Origin: an uncultured Gemmatimonadales bacterium
Lineage (GTDB): Bacteria > Gemmatimonadota > Gemmatimonadetes > Palauibacterales > Palauibacteraceae
Length of the DNA stretch: 64,000 bases
Reading direction: 5' to 3'
NCBI GenBank assembly: GCA_963783385.1
Contig: CAWANJ010000003.1
Span: 320,001-384,000 of the forward strand
Positions 1-10,145 of the stretch are shown piece after piece. A program made the translations under genes and the position numbers. How positions within the stretch are numbered: the stretch's first letter is position 1; each line of letters starts with the position of its first letter. The notes beneath the pieces were generated by a model. The model did no database searches and was not told the origin of the DNA. It saw only the letters and a list, made by a program, of their open reading frames with translations.

Positions 1-184
1 AGGGTGGTGGTCGGGCTACGAAGGGAGGACAAGGTGGCGCGGAGGACCTCGCCCGGCAACGTGGGCGCGGAGCGCCACCGGAGGCCCCCCCGCCGCCGAG
101 ATGGGGACGCGCGCGTGCTGGCGGGCGGGAGCCGGGCCGCGCAGGTTGGGGCGCCGGGAGGACTCGATCTCGCCCGAACACGCC

Positions 185-1603
185 ATGCCCCCTCGCCGGA
201 GCGGCCCCGTGACCCATCCCTCCCCCGGTACGCCGTCCCCCTCGCCTTCCCACGTCCCCTCGGGCGATCGGCTGCCGAGGCGCCTGGGCGCCTGGAGCGC
301 CGGGGCCGTCCTGGTGGGAACGACGATCGGGAGCGGCATCTTCCGCGTGCCGAGCACCGCGGCCGCCGAGGTCGGGACCGCCGGCGCCCTGGCCCTGGTG
401 TGGATCGCCGGCGCGGTGGTCGTGGTGTGCGGAGCGCTCACCCTGTCGGAGCTGTCAGCCATGCTGCCCGAGTCGGGGGGGATGTACGTGTATCTGCGCG
501 AGGGCTTCGGCCCGCTGCCGGCGTTCCTGTACGGCTGGGCGGATCTGGTGCTCACCAACCCCTCGGCCAACGGCGCCATCGCGGTCATCTTCGCCAGCTA
601 CCTGGGAGCCTTCCTGCCCCTCTCGGACCTCGGAGTCCGGGCGGTGGCGGCCGCCGCGATCCTGGGGGTGTCGGTGGCGAACATCCGCTCGGTCCGCTGG
701 GGCGCGCGACTCGAGAACGCGACCACGGCGGCCAAGATCCTGGGCCTGCTCGGACTGGCGGGGCTCCTGTTCGCCTTCGGCAGCCGGGCCGGGGGCGGCG
801 CCCTGTCGGCCCCGCCGCGCTTCGCGCCCACGACGTGGGGCGGCTTCGGCGTGGCCCTGATCGCCGTCCTGTGGGCCTACGACGGCTGGGCGGACCTGGT
901 CAAGATGGCGGGCGAGGTGCGGGACCCGGGGCGCACCTTGCCCCGCGCCCTCCTGGGGGGCGCCCTCACGGTGGTGGCGATCTACCTGCTCGTGAACGCC
1001 GCCTACCTGTACGTCCTGCCCATGGGCCGCATGGCCGCGTCGAAGCTGGTGGCCGCCGACGCGGCCACGGTCGTGTTCGGTCGGGGCGGCGCCTCGCTGG
1101 TCGCGGGCCTGGTGGCGCTGGCCACCTTCGGCTCGCTGAACGGCTCGACCATGACGGGACCCCGCGTGTTCTGGGCGATGGCCGAGGACGGACTCTTCTT
1201 CCGCCCGGTGGCGGCCGTGCATCCCCGGTGGCGGACCCCGTGGGTGGCGATCGCCGTGCTCGGCGCGCTGGCGATCGCGTTCGTGTCCTTCCGGACCTTC
1301 GAGCAGCTGGCCGACGCCTTTATCCTGGGGTTATGGCCCTTCTACACCCTGGCCGTGTCCAGCGTCTTCGTGCTGCGCCGTCGTCGTCCGGACGCCCCGC
1401 GACCCTTCAGGACGCCCGGCTATCCCTGGGTGCCCATGGTGTTCATCCTCGCCTCGCTGGGCCTGCTGGCCAACGCGGCGGTGCAGCGCCCGGCCTCCAC
1501 TCTCCTGAGCTTCGGCTTCATCCTGACGGGCGTGCCGGCCTACGCGGTGTGGCGGGCCAGGGGAGGGGGCGGCGGCCCCGGCTGGCGACCGCCGGCCCGG
1601 TGA
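185..1603 (+). CDS. APC family amino acid permease
   Basis: About 12 TM segments; GTTIGSGIF, ELSAMLPESGGMYVYLRE, LWAYDGW and RPFRTPGYP motifs. ATG at 185 chosen over 101. Confidence 0.9.
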   Translation: MPPRRSGPVTHPSPGTPSPSPSHVPSGDRLPRRLGAWSAGAVLVGTTIGSGIFRVPSTAAAEVGTAGALALVWIAGAVVVVCGALTLSELSAMLPESGGMYVYLREGFGPLPAFLYGWADLVLTNPSANGAIAVIFASYLGAFLPLSDLGVRAVAAAAILGVSVANIRSVRWGARLENATTAAKILGLLGLAGLLFAFGSRAGGGALSAPPRFAPTTWGGFGVALIAVLWAYDGWADLVKMAGEVRDPGRTLPRALLGGALTVVAIYLLVNAAYLYVLPMGRMAASKLVAADAATVVFGRGGASLVAGLVALATFGSLNGSTMTGPRVFWAMAEDGLFFRPVAAVHPRWRTPWVAIAVLGALAIAFVSFRTFEQLADAFILGLWPFYTLAVSSVFVLRRRRPDAPRPFRTPGYPWVPMVFILASLGLLANAAVQRPASTLLSFGFILTGVPAYAVWRARGGGGGPGWRPPAR

Positions 1604-1675
1604 CACACCTTGAGGGGAGACCGCGCCGCTTCAGGCGACCCCGCTTCCCTCTTCCGACTTCCGACGGAGGCACGC

Positions 1676-2203
1676 ATGAGCACCATGGCCGGCCGCAGCA
1701 TGATCGAGCGCATGAAAGGCGCCGCCCTGCTGGACGTGCCCACGTTCGAGGAGGTCGAGCACGACACCACCGCGACCGGACAGGCGGCGGGCGTCGTCGG
1801 ACTGGTGGCGGTGGCCAGCGCGATCGGCGCGATCGGCCACGGCGGCCTGGCGATCGGGTTCGGCATCGTGTGGGCGTTCGTGGGATGGCTGATCTGGTCG
1901 GGCCTGTGCTACTTCATCGGGACCAACCTGTTCGAGGGCCAGGCGACCTGGGGCGAGGTGCTGCGCACGGTGGGATTCGCGCAGGCCCCGGGGGTGCTCA
2001 ACATCGTCGGGTTCATCCCGCTGCTGGGCGGGCTCGTGCGGCTGGCCGTGTTCTTCTGGCTCCTGGCCGCCGTGGTGGTCGCCCTGCGCCAGGCGCTGGA
2101 CATTTCCACGGGCAAGGCGGTCGTCACCGGGGTCATCGGATGGCTGGTCATGGTCGTCCCGATGATGCTGCTCGGCGCCATGGGAGCCTTCCTGGCCCAC
2201 TAG
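1676..2203 (+). CDS. YIP1 family membrane protein
   Basis: GAALLDVPTFEEVEHD N-terminus, hydrophobic helices, LRTVGFAQAP; GGAGG RBS before ATG 1676. Confidence 0.75.
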   Translation: MSTMAGRSMIERMKGAALLDVPTFEEVEHDTTATGQAAGVVGLVAVASAIGAIGHGGLAIGFGIVWAFVGWLIWSGLCYFIGTNLFEGQATWGEVLRTVGFAQAPGVLNIVGFIPLLGGLVRLAVFFWLLAAVVVALRQALDISTGKAVVTGVIGWLVMVVPMMLLGAMGAFLAH

Positions 2204-2350
2204 CGCCGTGGTCCCCGCCCCGGCCGCCGGGCGCCCCCCCGCCGGCCGCGCGGTGGCCCGAGAGGGCTCGCGTGGGTAGCTTTGAGAACGGGCAGGGAAG
2301 CCCGCCCCGCCCCGGGGCGGCGCGCTGCCCCGGATAGGCAGGGAGACGCG

Positions 2351-2662
2351 ATGGAGACGCGCACCGCCTACTGCTCCGCGTGCGACCGCCCGGTGCCGGT
2401 CATCCTCGACCCGGCCGCCGAGGAGGGCGTGCGCTTCTCCCCCGAGGACGCGACCCGGGTCATCTGCCTGGACTACGGCGTCCGCTGCACCGGCGCCCTG
2501 TGCCCGCTCTTCTCCGTGCGGGATGTCCCGCCCCTCGGCCGCAGCGGCGTGTTCCCGCCGGACCCGGCGACGGACGGCTCCGGCCGCCATCCCGGGCCGC
2601 GGGCCGACCGGCCACGGCGCCCCCGCTCCCCCGACCCGGACCGCCCGCGGCCCACCGCCTGA
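2351..2662 (+). CDS. Small cysteine-rich hypothetical protein
   Basis: GGGAG RBS before ATG 2351; YCSACDR...CLDYGVRCTGALCPLF; GC3-biased codons. Confidence 0.6.
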   Translation: METRTAYCSACDRPVPVILDPAAEEGVRFSPEDATRVICLDYGVRCTGALCPLFSVRDVPPLGRSGVFPPDPATDGSGRHPGPRADRPRRPRSPDPDRPRPTA

Positions 2663-2757
2663 GCCGCCGGCCCCGGCGCGGCCACCCCGCCGGGCCCGGG
2701 CGCCAACCTCTCCGGCCCCTTCCACTTCCGCGTCGCTTCCGAGTCCGGGGCGCGACC

Positions 2758-2786
2758 TTGACGCCCAAATATATTACAAGTAGGTT
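2758..2786 (+). promoter_or_regulatory. Sigma70-like promoter of the paaX-bcr operon
   Basis: TTGACG (2758-2763), 17-bp spacer, TAGGTT (2781-2786) in an AT-rich patch; AAGGAG RBS before ATG 2813. Confidence 0.7.
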
Positions 2787-2812
2787 ACGAACGTGAGTGA
2801 AAGGAGATAGGT

Positions 2813-3682
2813 ATGGGTTCGTCGCGCAGCCCGCGAGAACGTGTCTTCACCCTGTTCGGGGATTACCTCCTCCACCGTCCGGGCGCCGTGTGGGTCGGGA
2901 GCCTCATCGCGCTCCTCGAGCCGCTCGGGCTGACGGAGGGCGCGGCACGCACGGCCCTGTCCCGCATGTCCTCCCGCGGCTGGCTCGTCTCGGAGCGGCG
3001 CGGCCGCAACGCCTTCTACACGCTCACCCGCAGGGGTCGGGAGCTGCTCGAGGAAGGCGAGGCGCGCATCTATCGTCCCACCTGGGACCGGCCGTGGGAC
3101 GGCGCCTGGTGCCTGGTCCACTACTCGATCCCGGAAGAGGATCGCTCCCTGCGCGACAGCCTTCGCCTGCGTCTCTCCTGGCTGGGCTGCGGGTCGCTCG
3201 GGAACGGCCTGTGGATCACCCCCCACGACATCGTCGACCGCGTGCGCGGCATCGCGGAGACCCTCGAGATCGAGGAGGGCCTGGAGGTGTTCCGCGCCGC
3301 TCGCGCCGCCATCGAGAGCCCCGAGGCCATCGTGGCACGCTGCTGGGACCTGACCTCGGTGCACCGCGACTACCTGGCCTTCATCGACCGCCAGCTGCCG
3401 CGCCTGCGCCGCGCGCAGGCCGAGCTCCGGGCGGGCGAGCTGTCCGGGGAACGGGCCTTCGTGCAGCGCTTCGACCTCGTGCACGAGTACCGGCAGTTCC
3501 CGTTCGAGGACCCCTACCTGCCCCGCCGGCTCCTGCCGGAGGACTGGGCCGGCGACTGCGCCGCCGGGCTGTTCCAGCGCCTCCACGACCTCCTCCAGGA
3601 GCCGGCGGAGTCCTTCGTGGACGGGGTCCTGGCGCGGGCCCAGGCCGAGACCGATTCGACCGTGAGCGTGAGCGTCACCTGA
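2813..3682 (+). CDS. paaX: PaaX family transcriptional regulator
   Basis: VFTLFGDY, RTALSRM..RGWL, WDGAWCLV, LSWLGCGSLGNGLWITP, FPFEDPYLPRRLLPEDWAG are PaaX hallmarks. Confidence 0.9.
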   Translation: MGSSRSPRERVFTLFGDYLLHRPGAVWVGSLIALLEPLGLTEGAARTALSRMSSRGWLVSERRGRNAFYTLTRRGRELLEEGEARIYRPTWDRPWDGAWCLVHYSIPEEDRSLRDSLRLRLSWLGCGSLGNGLWITPHDIVDRVRGIAETLEIEEGLEVFRAARAAIESPEAIVARCWDLTSVHRDYLAFIDRQLPRLRRAQAELRAGELSGERAFVQRFDLVHEYRQFPFEDPYLPRRLLPEDWAGDCAAGLFQRLHDLLQEPAESFVDGVLARAQAETDSTVSVSVT

Positions 3683-3721
3683 GGGACCACACAGCGACCT
3701 GAAGCGTTCGGAGGCAGCCCC

Positions 3722-4861
3722 ATGTCCCATTTCGAGTCCCGACCGGCCGAGGCGTTCGACTTCCAGGACATCCGGTACAGCAAGAAGGACTGGGTGGCCC
3801 GGATCACGATCGACCGACCCCACGCGTACAACGCCTACTCGACGCCGGCCCTGCGCGAGCTGGCCATGGCCTTCGAGGACGCGGCCTTCGACGACTCGGT
3901 GGCGGTGGTGGTCTACACGGGCTCCGGCACGGACGCCTTCTGCACGGGGGGCGACGTGAAGGAGTACGAGCGCCTCTACACCGACCGCCCGCGCGACTAC
4001 TGGAAGTACATGCAGCTCTTCCGCGCCTACCTCGAGAGCATCCTGCGCTGCGGCAAGCCGGTCATCGCGCGCCTCAACGGCATGGCGGTGGGCGGCGGTA
4101 ACGAGTCGCAGATGGCCTGCGACCTGGCCCTGATCGCCGAGCACGCGTGGATCGGGCAGGTCGGCACGCGGGTCGGCAGCGTGGCGGCCGGCGGGGCGAC
4201 GCAGTGGCTCCCGATTCTCGTCGGGGACCGACGCGCCCGCGAGATCCTCATGCTCAACGAGCGCATCTCGCCGCAGAAGGCGCTGGACTGGGGGCTCGTG
4301 AACCGGGTGGTCCCCTCCGTGGTTCGCGACGGCGCGTTCGTGAACGGCGCCACCCAGGAGGAGATCGACAAGGCGCGGCGCGGCCAGGACGGCTACGCCC
4401 TCAGCCTCGAGGCCCTGGACCGGGCCGTGGACGAGGTGGTCGACAAGCTCCTGGACAAGTTCGCCGAGTGCACCCGCTTCACCAAGCTCCAGGTCAACGT
4501 GTGGAAGGAGATGGCCTGGAACCAGACGATCGGCGCCGCCGGGGACTGGCTGTCGATCCACTACTCGAGCTTCGAGCCGTGGGAGGGCATGCGGGCGTTC
4601 GTCGAGAAGCGTGCGCCCCGTTACCGGCACCTCCGGGAGCTGGCCGCCTCCGGCGGTTCCAGCGAGTTCGTGTGGGGGCCCTACCGCCGGAGCTGTGCGG
4701 AGTGCGGAGCCGAGGGGATCCCGAGCGGCTTCTCCTTCTGCGGCGCCTGCGGGGCGCCCCTGGGGGAGGCCCACGCCAACGGCGGGCCGGCGGCCGGGGA
4801 GGCGAACGCCGGGGCGCATGCGGCCACCAGCGGGGCCGGCGCCGGGGAAGGCGGGTCGTGA
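3722..4861 (+). CDS. oah: 6-oxocyclohex-1-ene-1-carbonyl-CoA hydrolase (Oah/BamA/BzdY-like ring-opening crotonase)
   Basis: Long crotonase (379 aa) with YNAYST, AFCTGGDVKEY, NGMAVGGGNESQMACD and a C-terminal CxxC...FCGxCG; adjacent to bcr genes. Confidence 0.85.
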   Translation: MSHFESRPAEAFDFQDIRYSKKDWVARITIDRPHAYNAYSTPALRELAMAFEDAAFDDSVAVVVYTGSGTDAFCTGGDVKEYERLYTDRPRDYWKYMQLFRAYLESILRCGKPVIARLNGMAVGGGNESQMACDLALIAEHAWIGQVGTRVGSVAAGGATQWLPILVGDRRAREILMLNERISPQKALDWGLVNRVVPSVVRDGAFVNGATQEEIDKARRGQDGYALSLEALDRAVDEVVDKLLDKFAECTRFTKLQVNVWKEMAWNQTIGAAGDWLSIHYSSFEPWEGMRAFVEKRAPRYRHLRELAASGGSSEFVWGPYRRSCAECGAEGIPSGFSFCGACGAPLGEAHANGGPAAGEANAGAHAATSGAGAGEGGS

Positions 4862-4880
4862 GCGGGCCGGGGGCCGGCTC

Positions 4881-5663
4881 GTGAGCGCCCCGGTGGAAAC
4901 GGGCTCCCGGGTCCGGTGCGAGCGGGACGGGGGAATCCTGCGCCTGGTCCTGGACCGGCCGCCCCTCAACGTGGCCGACGTGGCGATGCTCGAGGCCCTG
5001 GACGCGGCCCTCCACTCCGAGGCGACGTCGCCGGACACGCGAGTGGTCGTCCTGGCCGGGGCCGGACGCGCGTTCTGCGCCGGTGCGGACGTGGCGGACC
5101 ACGTGCCGGCGCGCGCTCCGGCGATGATCCGCGCCTTCGGTCGTGTCATTCGTGGGCTGCTGGATGTGGAGGTGCCGAGCGTGGCCGCGGTGCACGGGGC
5201 GGCGCTCGGCGGGGGCTGCGAGCTGGCGATGGCCTGTGACCTGGTGTGGGCGCGCGAGGATGCGCGGCTCGGTCAGCCCGAGGTCAGGGTGGGGGCCTTC
5301 CCGCCGGCGGCGGCCGCTCTCCTGCCACGGCTGGTGGGGCCGCAGGCGGCCCTGGATCTGGTGCTCACCGGGCGCACGATCGGGGCCGAGGAAGCGCTGC
5401 GGATAGGGCTCGTGAGCCGCGTCCTCCCCGTGGACTCCTTCGATGCCGACGTGCGCTCGATGGCCGCCGAGCTGGCCGGGTTCAGCCGTCCCGTGCTGGG
5501 CGTGGCGCGCCGGGCCGTGCGCGAGGCGATCGGCCGGCCGCTGGGGACCGCCCTCGACCGTGCCGAGTCGCTGTACCTCGAGGAGCTCCTCCCGCTCCGG
5601 GACGCGGCGGAGGGGGTGGCGGCGTTCATGGAGAAGCGCGAGCCGGCCTGGAGGGACGCGTGA
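4881..5663 (+). CDS. dch: Cyclohexa-1,5-diene-1-carbonyl-CoA hydratase (Dch-like crotonase)
   Basis: RPPLNV, AFCAGADVADH, GAALGGGCELA, GQPEVRVGAFPP, ESLYLEELL, EGVAAFMEKREP; operon context. GTG start at 4881 inferred. Confidence 0.8.
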   Translation: MSAPVETGSRVRCERDGGILRLVLDRPPLNVADVAMLEALDAALHSEATSPDTRVVVLAGAGRAFCAGADVADHVPARAPAMIRAFGRVIRGLLDVEVPSVAAVHGAALGGGCELAMACDLVWAREDARLGQPEVRVGAFPPAAAALLPRLVGPQAALDLVLTGRTIGAEEALRIGLVSRVLPVDSFDADVRSMAAELAGFSRPVLGVARRAVREAIGRPLGTALDRAESLYLEELLPLRDAAEGVAAFMEKREPAWRDA

Positions 5664-5697
5664 GCCGGCCGGAAACCAGGGGATCGAGAGGTGTGCC

Positions 5698-6968
5698 GTG
5701 AGCATTCGAAACGGTACGGCGGGGGCCGCGGGCCGGGACCCGGGACGCGAGGCGCGCGAGGCCGCCGTCCGGGAGCTGGTGCCGCAGGGCTCCGGGGCGC
5801 CGCTCCAGGAGACCCTCGCGGCCCTCAGGGAGCTGGTCGAGGACACCACCTTCCCGACCGTGCGCGCCTGGCGCGAGGAGGGTGGGAAGGTGCTCGGCCA
5901 CTTCCAGGTCTACTTCCCGGAGGAGCTGGCGCACGCGGCCGGCATGCTCCCGGTCAAGATGCGGGGCGGCACGGTGGAGCGCCGCGAGGCGGACTCCCAC
6001 TTCGGCTCCTACATCTGCTCGGTGCTGCGCACCACCCTGGAGCTGGCCCTCACGGGACGGCTGGTGCCGGACCTGTTCGTCACCCACCCGATCTGTGACG
6101 CCGCCAGGAACCTGGCCGGGATCTGGGCTCGCACCCTGGACGTCCCGGTGGAGATCCTCTACTTCCCGCAGAATCCGAACTCGGCCTTCTCGGCCGACTA
6201 CCTGGCCAGCGAGTACCTGCGCGTCCTCGAGGACATCGAGGACGTGGCCGGACGCCGCGTGAGCACGGACGACCTCCGGGGCTCGATCCGGGTGTTCAAC
6301 GAGAACCGGCGCCTCCTGCGCGCCCTGTACCGCATCAAGCGCGAGGAGCCGTGGCAGCTGCCGGTGGACGAGGCCTACGTGCTCACGACGGTCGGGGGGC
6401 TCATCACCCGGGAGGAGCACAACGAGCTCCTCTCGGGGCTCCTGCCCCGCATCCAGGAGCGCGACGCCCGGCAGCCAGGACAAGATCCGCGTGGTCTTCG
6501 AGGGCGGCTTCTGCGAGCAGCCCCCGCTCGACCTGCTCGGGCGCCATCGCGGAGTTCTGCTACGTGGTGGACGACGACCTGCTGATCGGCCTGCGCTGGA
6601 TCCTGTCCGACGTGCCCCGCACGCCGGCGACCCCGTGGCACGACCTCGCCGCGGCGTACCTGGACGACTCCTCCTACAGCCCCGTGCAGCACGACCTGCG
6701 CAAGCCCAAGGAGAAGATGCTGCTGGAGCGCATCCGGAACGGGGCGGAGGCACAGGCCTGCATCGTGGCCGCGGCCAAGATGTGCGAGCCCGGCCTCGAC
6801 GAGCAGGTGGCCTACTCGCAGGCGCTCGACGAGGAGGGCATCCCCTACTTCGTCACGGAGTTCGAGGAGCGCATGAGCACCTTCGGCCACCTGCAGATCC
6901 AGCTCGAGACCTTCGTCGAGAACCACCTGCTGTTCGGGGAAACGGCGGCCAAGGGAGGCAAGCGATGA
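5698..6968 (+). CDS. bcrC: Benzoyl-CoA reductase subunit C (2-hydroxyacyl-CoA dehydratase family), frameshifted near 6480 and 6540
   Basis: [32 protein letters not shown], then in shifted frames [18 protein letters not shown] and KMCEPGL. Confidence 0.8.
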
Positions 6969-8298
6969 CCACGACCACCGACATCGTGGGCCGCGGCGCC
7001 CGCGAGGGCCGCCGCCTGTTCGAGGGATGGTTCGACGAGCTCACCCGGACGGCGGAGGAGGGCCGGCCGGCCGCGTACGTGTTCGTCATGGGGAGCCTGT
7101 GCGAGATCCTGCGCACCTTCGACCTGCCGGCGGTGTTCCCGGAGATCCACTCGCTGCAGACCGCCGTGCGCCACGTGGCGGACGAGTACCTGAGCCAGGC
7201 CGAGGACGAGGGCTTCTCGCCGGACGTATGCGGCTACGTCAAGGCGGACTACGCGCTCCAGCTCCGGGGGGGCGAGCACCCCATGGGGCGGATCCCGCCC
7301 CCGTCCATCGCGCTCCTCACCAACGCCTGCAACACCTACGTGAAGTGGGCGGAGATCTGGGAGCGCATGTACGGCACCCCCGTCTTTACCCTGGACGTCC
7401 CGGGCACGCGCCAGCCCGTCAACATTGGCGGCATGGGTCCGACGCCCGACTCCGGAGGACCCGGCGCGACGCACGATCCCGGCGGCTTCGCGCGGGATCG
7501 GCGCTACGTGGAGGGCCAGCTCCGGGAGATCATCGACGCGTGCGAGGAGGTCTCGGGGGTGGCGTTCGACATCGACCGGCTACGGGAGGTCCTGCGGCTG
7601 ACCAACGACATGGCGGCCAGCTGGCGCAGGCTTCTCGAGCTCAACCGGCACCGGCCCGCGGCCTTCGACGCCATGCTCGAGGGCACGATCTACCTGGGCG
7701 TGGCCAACGTGCTGCGCGGCACCGAGGAGGGCGCGGCCTACTTCCGCGACCTGGTCGAGGAGATGGAGCTGCGGACCCGGGAGGGGCTGGGGCCCCTGGG
7801 GGCGCGCGTGGAGGAGAAGCACCGCCTGGCCTTCGTGGGCGTGCCCTGCTACCCGATATTCCGCCGCTTCTACGAGCTGTTCTCGGAGTGGGGCGGGGTG
7901 TTCGTCGGCTCCACCTACACCTGGTTCGCCTCGGGCGGACTGGACGAGTCGTTCGAGTACGACCTCGACCACCCCATGGAGAGCCTGGCCGAGGGGGTCC
8001 TGCTCACCGTCCGCCGGGCCATGGACAGCCTCATGCTTTCCAGGACCGCTCGCTCATCCAGGCTATGGACGAGTTCGGGATCGACGGCGTGGTCTACCAC
8101 CCGATCAAGAGCTGCCGGACGGTGTCCACCGGCCTGGCCGCCAGCCGCCGCGCGCTGCTCGACGCGCGCGACGTGCTGTGCCTCTACATCGAGTCGGACA
8201 TGATGGACAAGCGGGTCGTGTCCGAGGCGCAGCTCAAGAACCGCATCGACGCGTTCTTCGAGGGACTCGAGTCCCGGCGCCTACGGAGGGAAGCATGA
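6965..8298 (+). CDS. bcrB: Benzoyl-CoA reductase subunit B, frameshifted near 8040
   Basis: [28 protein letters not shown], then [17 protein letters not shown]...IESD...[12 protein letters not shown]; ATGA-coupled to both neighbours. Confidence 0.8.
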
Positions 8299-9113
8299 GC
8301 TACGCGGCGGGCGTGGACGTCGGCTCCACGCAGACCAAGGCGGTGATCGTGGACCGGCACGCCGAGATCGTCGGACGGAGCCTCATCCCCACGGGCGCCG
8401 ACGTGGTGGCGGCCGCCCAGCGCGCCTACGACCTGGCGCTGGAGGAGGCGGGCGTCGGGGCCGGGCAGGTGGGGAGCGTGGTCGGCACGGGCTACGGCCG
8501 CTACAAGGTGGAGTTCGGCGACACGCAGGTGACCGAGATCGTGTGCCACGCCCGGGGCGCGGCCAAGATGTTCCCGGGCACGCGCACCGTGCTCGACATG
8601 GGCGGCCAGGACACCAAGGCCATCCGCGTGCAGGCGGGCGGCGAGGTGGTCGACTTCTGCATGAACGACAAGTGCGCCGCCGGGACCGGCCGCTTCCTGC
8701 AGTCGGCCGCCGCGGCGCTCGAGCTCCGCCTGGACCAGCTCGGCCCCACGGCCCTGCGCGGCAAGCGCCCGGTGGAGATCACCACCACCTGCACCGTGTT
8801 CGCCGAGTCCGAGGTGCTCTCGTGGCTGAGCCGGGGCCGCAAGGTGGAGGACATCCTGGCGGGGGTGCACCGCTCCATCGGCTCCCGCTCCTTCGGGCTG
8901 CTCAAGCGGGTGGGGATCGAGGACGAGATCACCTTCACGGGAGGCGTCACCCGGAACGCGGCCATGGTGGCCGTGCTCGAGGAGATCCTGGACTCCCGCA
9001 TGAACGTGAGCGAGGACTCGCACTACATGGGCGCCCTGGGCGCCGCCCTGTTCGCCAGGGAGCGGGCGTCGGGCGCCCCGACTCCGGCCGGCGCCGGGGA
9101 GGGGGCCGCATGA
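8295..9113 (+). CDS. bcrA: ATP-dependent activator subunit of benzoyl-CoA reductase (BcrA/BzdQ-like, ASKHA fold)
   Basis: [54 protein letters not shown]. Confidence 0.8.
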   Translation: MSYAAGVDVGSTQTKAVIVDRHAEIVGRSLIPTGADVVAAAQRAYDLALEEAGVGAGQVGSVVGTGYGRYKVEFGDTQVTEIVCHARGAAKMFPGTRTVLDMGGQDTKAIRVQAGGEVVDFCMNDKCAAGTGRFLQSAAAALELRLDQLGPTALRGKRPVEITTTCTVFAESEVLSWLSRGRKVEDILAGVHRSIGSRSFGLLKRVGIEDEITFTGGVTRNAAMVAVLEEILDSRMNVSEDSHYMGALGAALFARERASGAPTPAGAGEGAA

Positions 9114-9925
9114 GCATCGCGGCGGGCGTCGACATCGGCTCGACCCACACCAAGGCCGCCCTGCTGGTGGACGGCGAGCTGGCCGGGACCGCCATCCGGC
9201 ACACCGGCTTCCGGCTCGAGGAGGCCGCGAGGGAGGCGCTGGAGGAGGCCTGCTCGGTGGTGGACATCCGGCCCGAGGACGTCGACTACCTGACCACGAC
9301 GGGCTACGGGCGCAACCGGATCGCCGAGCGTGACCTCCAGGTGACCGACCTCACGGCGCAGGCGTGGGGCGCGCGGCGCTTCTTCCCGGCCACGCGCACC
9401 GTGCTGGACGTGGGAGGCCAGACCATGAAGGCCCTGCGCCTGGACGACGTGGGGCGCGTGGTCTCCTTCCGGCTCAACGACAAGTGCGCGGCCGGCACGG
9501 GCGCCTTCCTCGAGAAGACGGCCCGCTACCTGGGCCATCCCGTCGAGGAGATCGGCGACGTGGCCGCCGGCGCGACGGAGGCCGTGCCGATCTCGGGCGT
9601 GTGCGCCGTGTTCGCCGAGTCCGAGGTCATCAACCACGTGAGCCAGGGCCGCCGGGCGCCCGAGATCCTGCGGGGCGCCATGGAGTCCCTGGTCGAGAAG
9701 TCCGTGCGTCTCATGAAGCGCGTCGGCCTCGAGCCGGAGTTCACCCTGGTGGGCGGCATCATGCGCTTCCCGACCATGGTCGAGGTGATGCGACGCGACC
9801 TGGCCGAGGAGGTGAACGTCCCGGCCGGGGAGCTGGTCCAGTTCACCGGCGCCATAGGGGCCGCCGTCCTCTCGGCCTACCGGCTCGAGCAGGCGCGCGG
9901 GGCCCCCGCGGCGCGGATCGCCTGA
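9110..9925 (+). CDS. bcrD: Second ATP-dependent activator subunit (BcrD/BzdP-like)
   Basis: [41 protein letters not shown]; paralog of the preceding gene. Confidence 0.75.
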   Translation: MSIAAGVDIGSTHTKAALLVDGELAGTAIRHTGFRLEEAAREALEEACSVVDIRPEDVDYLTTTGYGRNRIAERDLQVTDLTAQAWGARRFFPATRTVLDVGGQTMKALRLDDVGRVVSFRLNDKCAAGTGAFLEKTARYLGHPVEEIGDVAAGATEAVPISGVCAVFAESEVINHVSQGRRAPEILRGAMESLVEKSVRLMKRVGLEPEFTLVGGIMRFPTMVEVMRRDLAEEVNVPAGELVQFTGAIGAAVLSAYRLEQARGAPAARIA

Positions 9926-9932
9926 GGGCGCC

Positions 9933-10145
9933 GTGGACACCGTGCACGCCGAGCGGCTGGCGCCCTGGGTCAAGCGCTTCGTGGCGACCCCGAACCGGGC
10001 CCGGGAGGCCGCCGAGATCTATGAGCGGCTGGGGCACGAGGTGCGCCTCGAACCCGCCGCGGGAGAGGACCTCCCGGACGGCTGCGAGGGCTGCGCCCTG
10101 GCGCTGGGCCTGTTCCAAACCGTGTACACCAGGAGTCTGACATGA
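9933..10145 (+). CDS. Small CxxC hypothetical protein within the bcr operon
   Basis: 70 aa, WVKRFVA...[14 protein letters not shown]...CEGC...VYTR; fills the gap between bcrD and had. Confidence 0.7.
   Translation: MDTVHAERLAPWVKRFVATPNRAREAAEIYERLGHEVRLEPAAGEDLPDGCEGCALALGLFQTVYTRSLT

Noticed and set aside
4-2337. 777-aa ORF and many other long Arg/Gly/Pro-rich ORFs (e.g. 2774-5149, 34417-37389, 41331-44399)
   Set aside because: Shadow frames of real genes caused by high GC; no recognisable motifs.
4690-4760. C-terminal Zn-ribbon on the crotonase as a novel fusion
   Set aside because: As recalled, a C-terminal CxxC...CxxC is a usual feature of Oah/BamA-type hydrolases.
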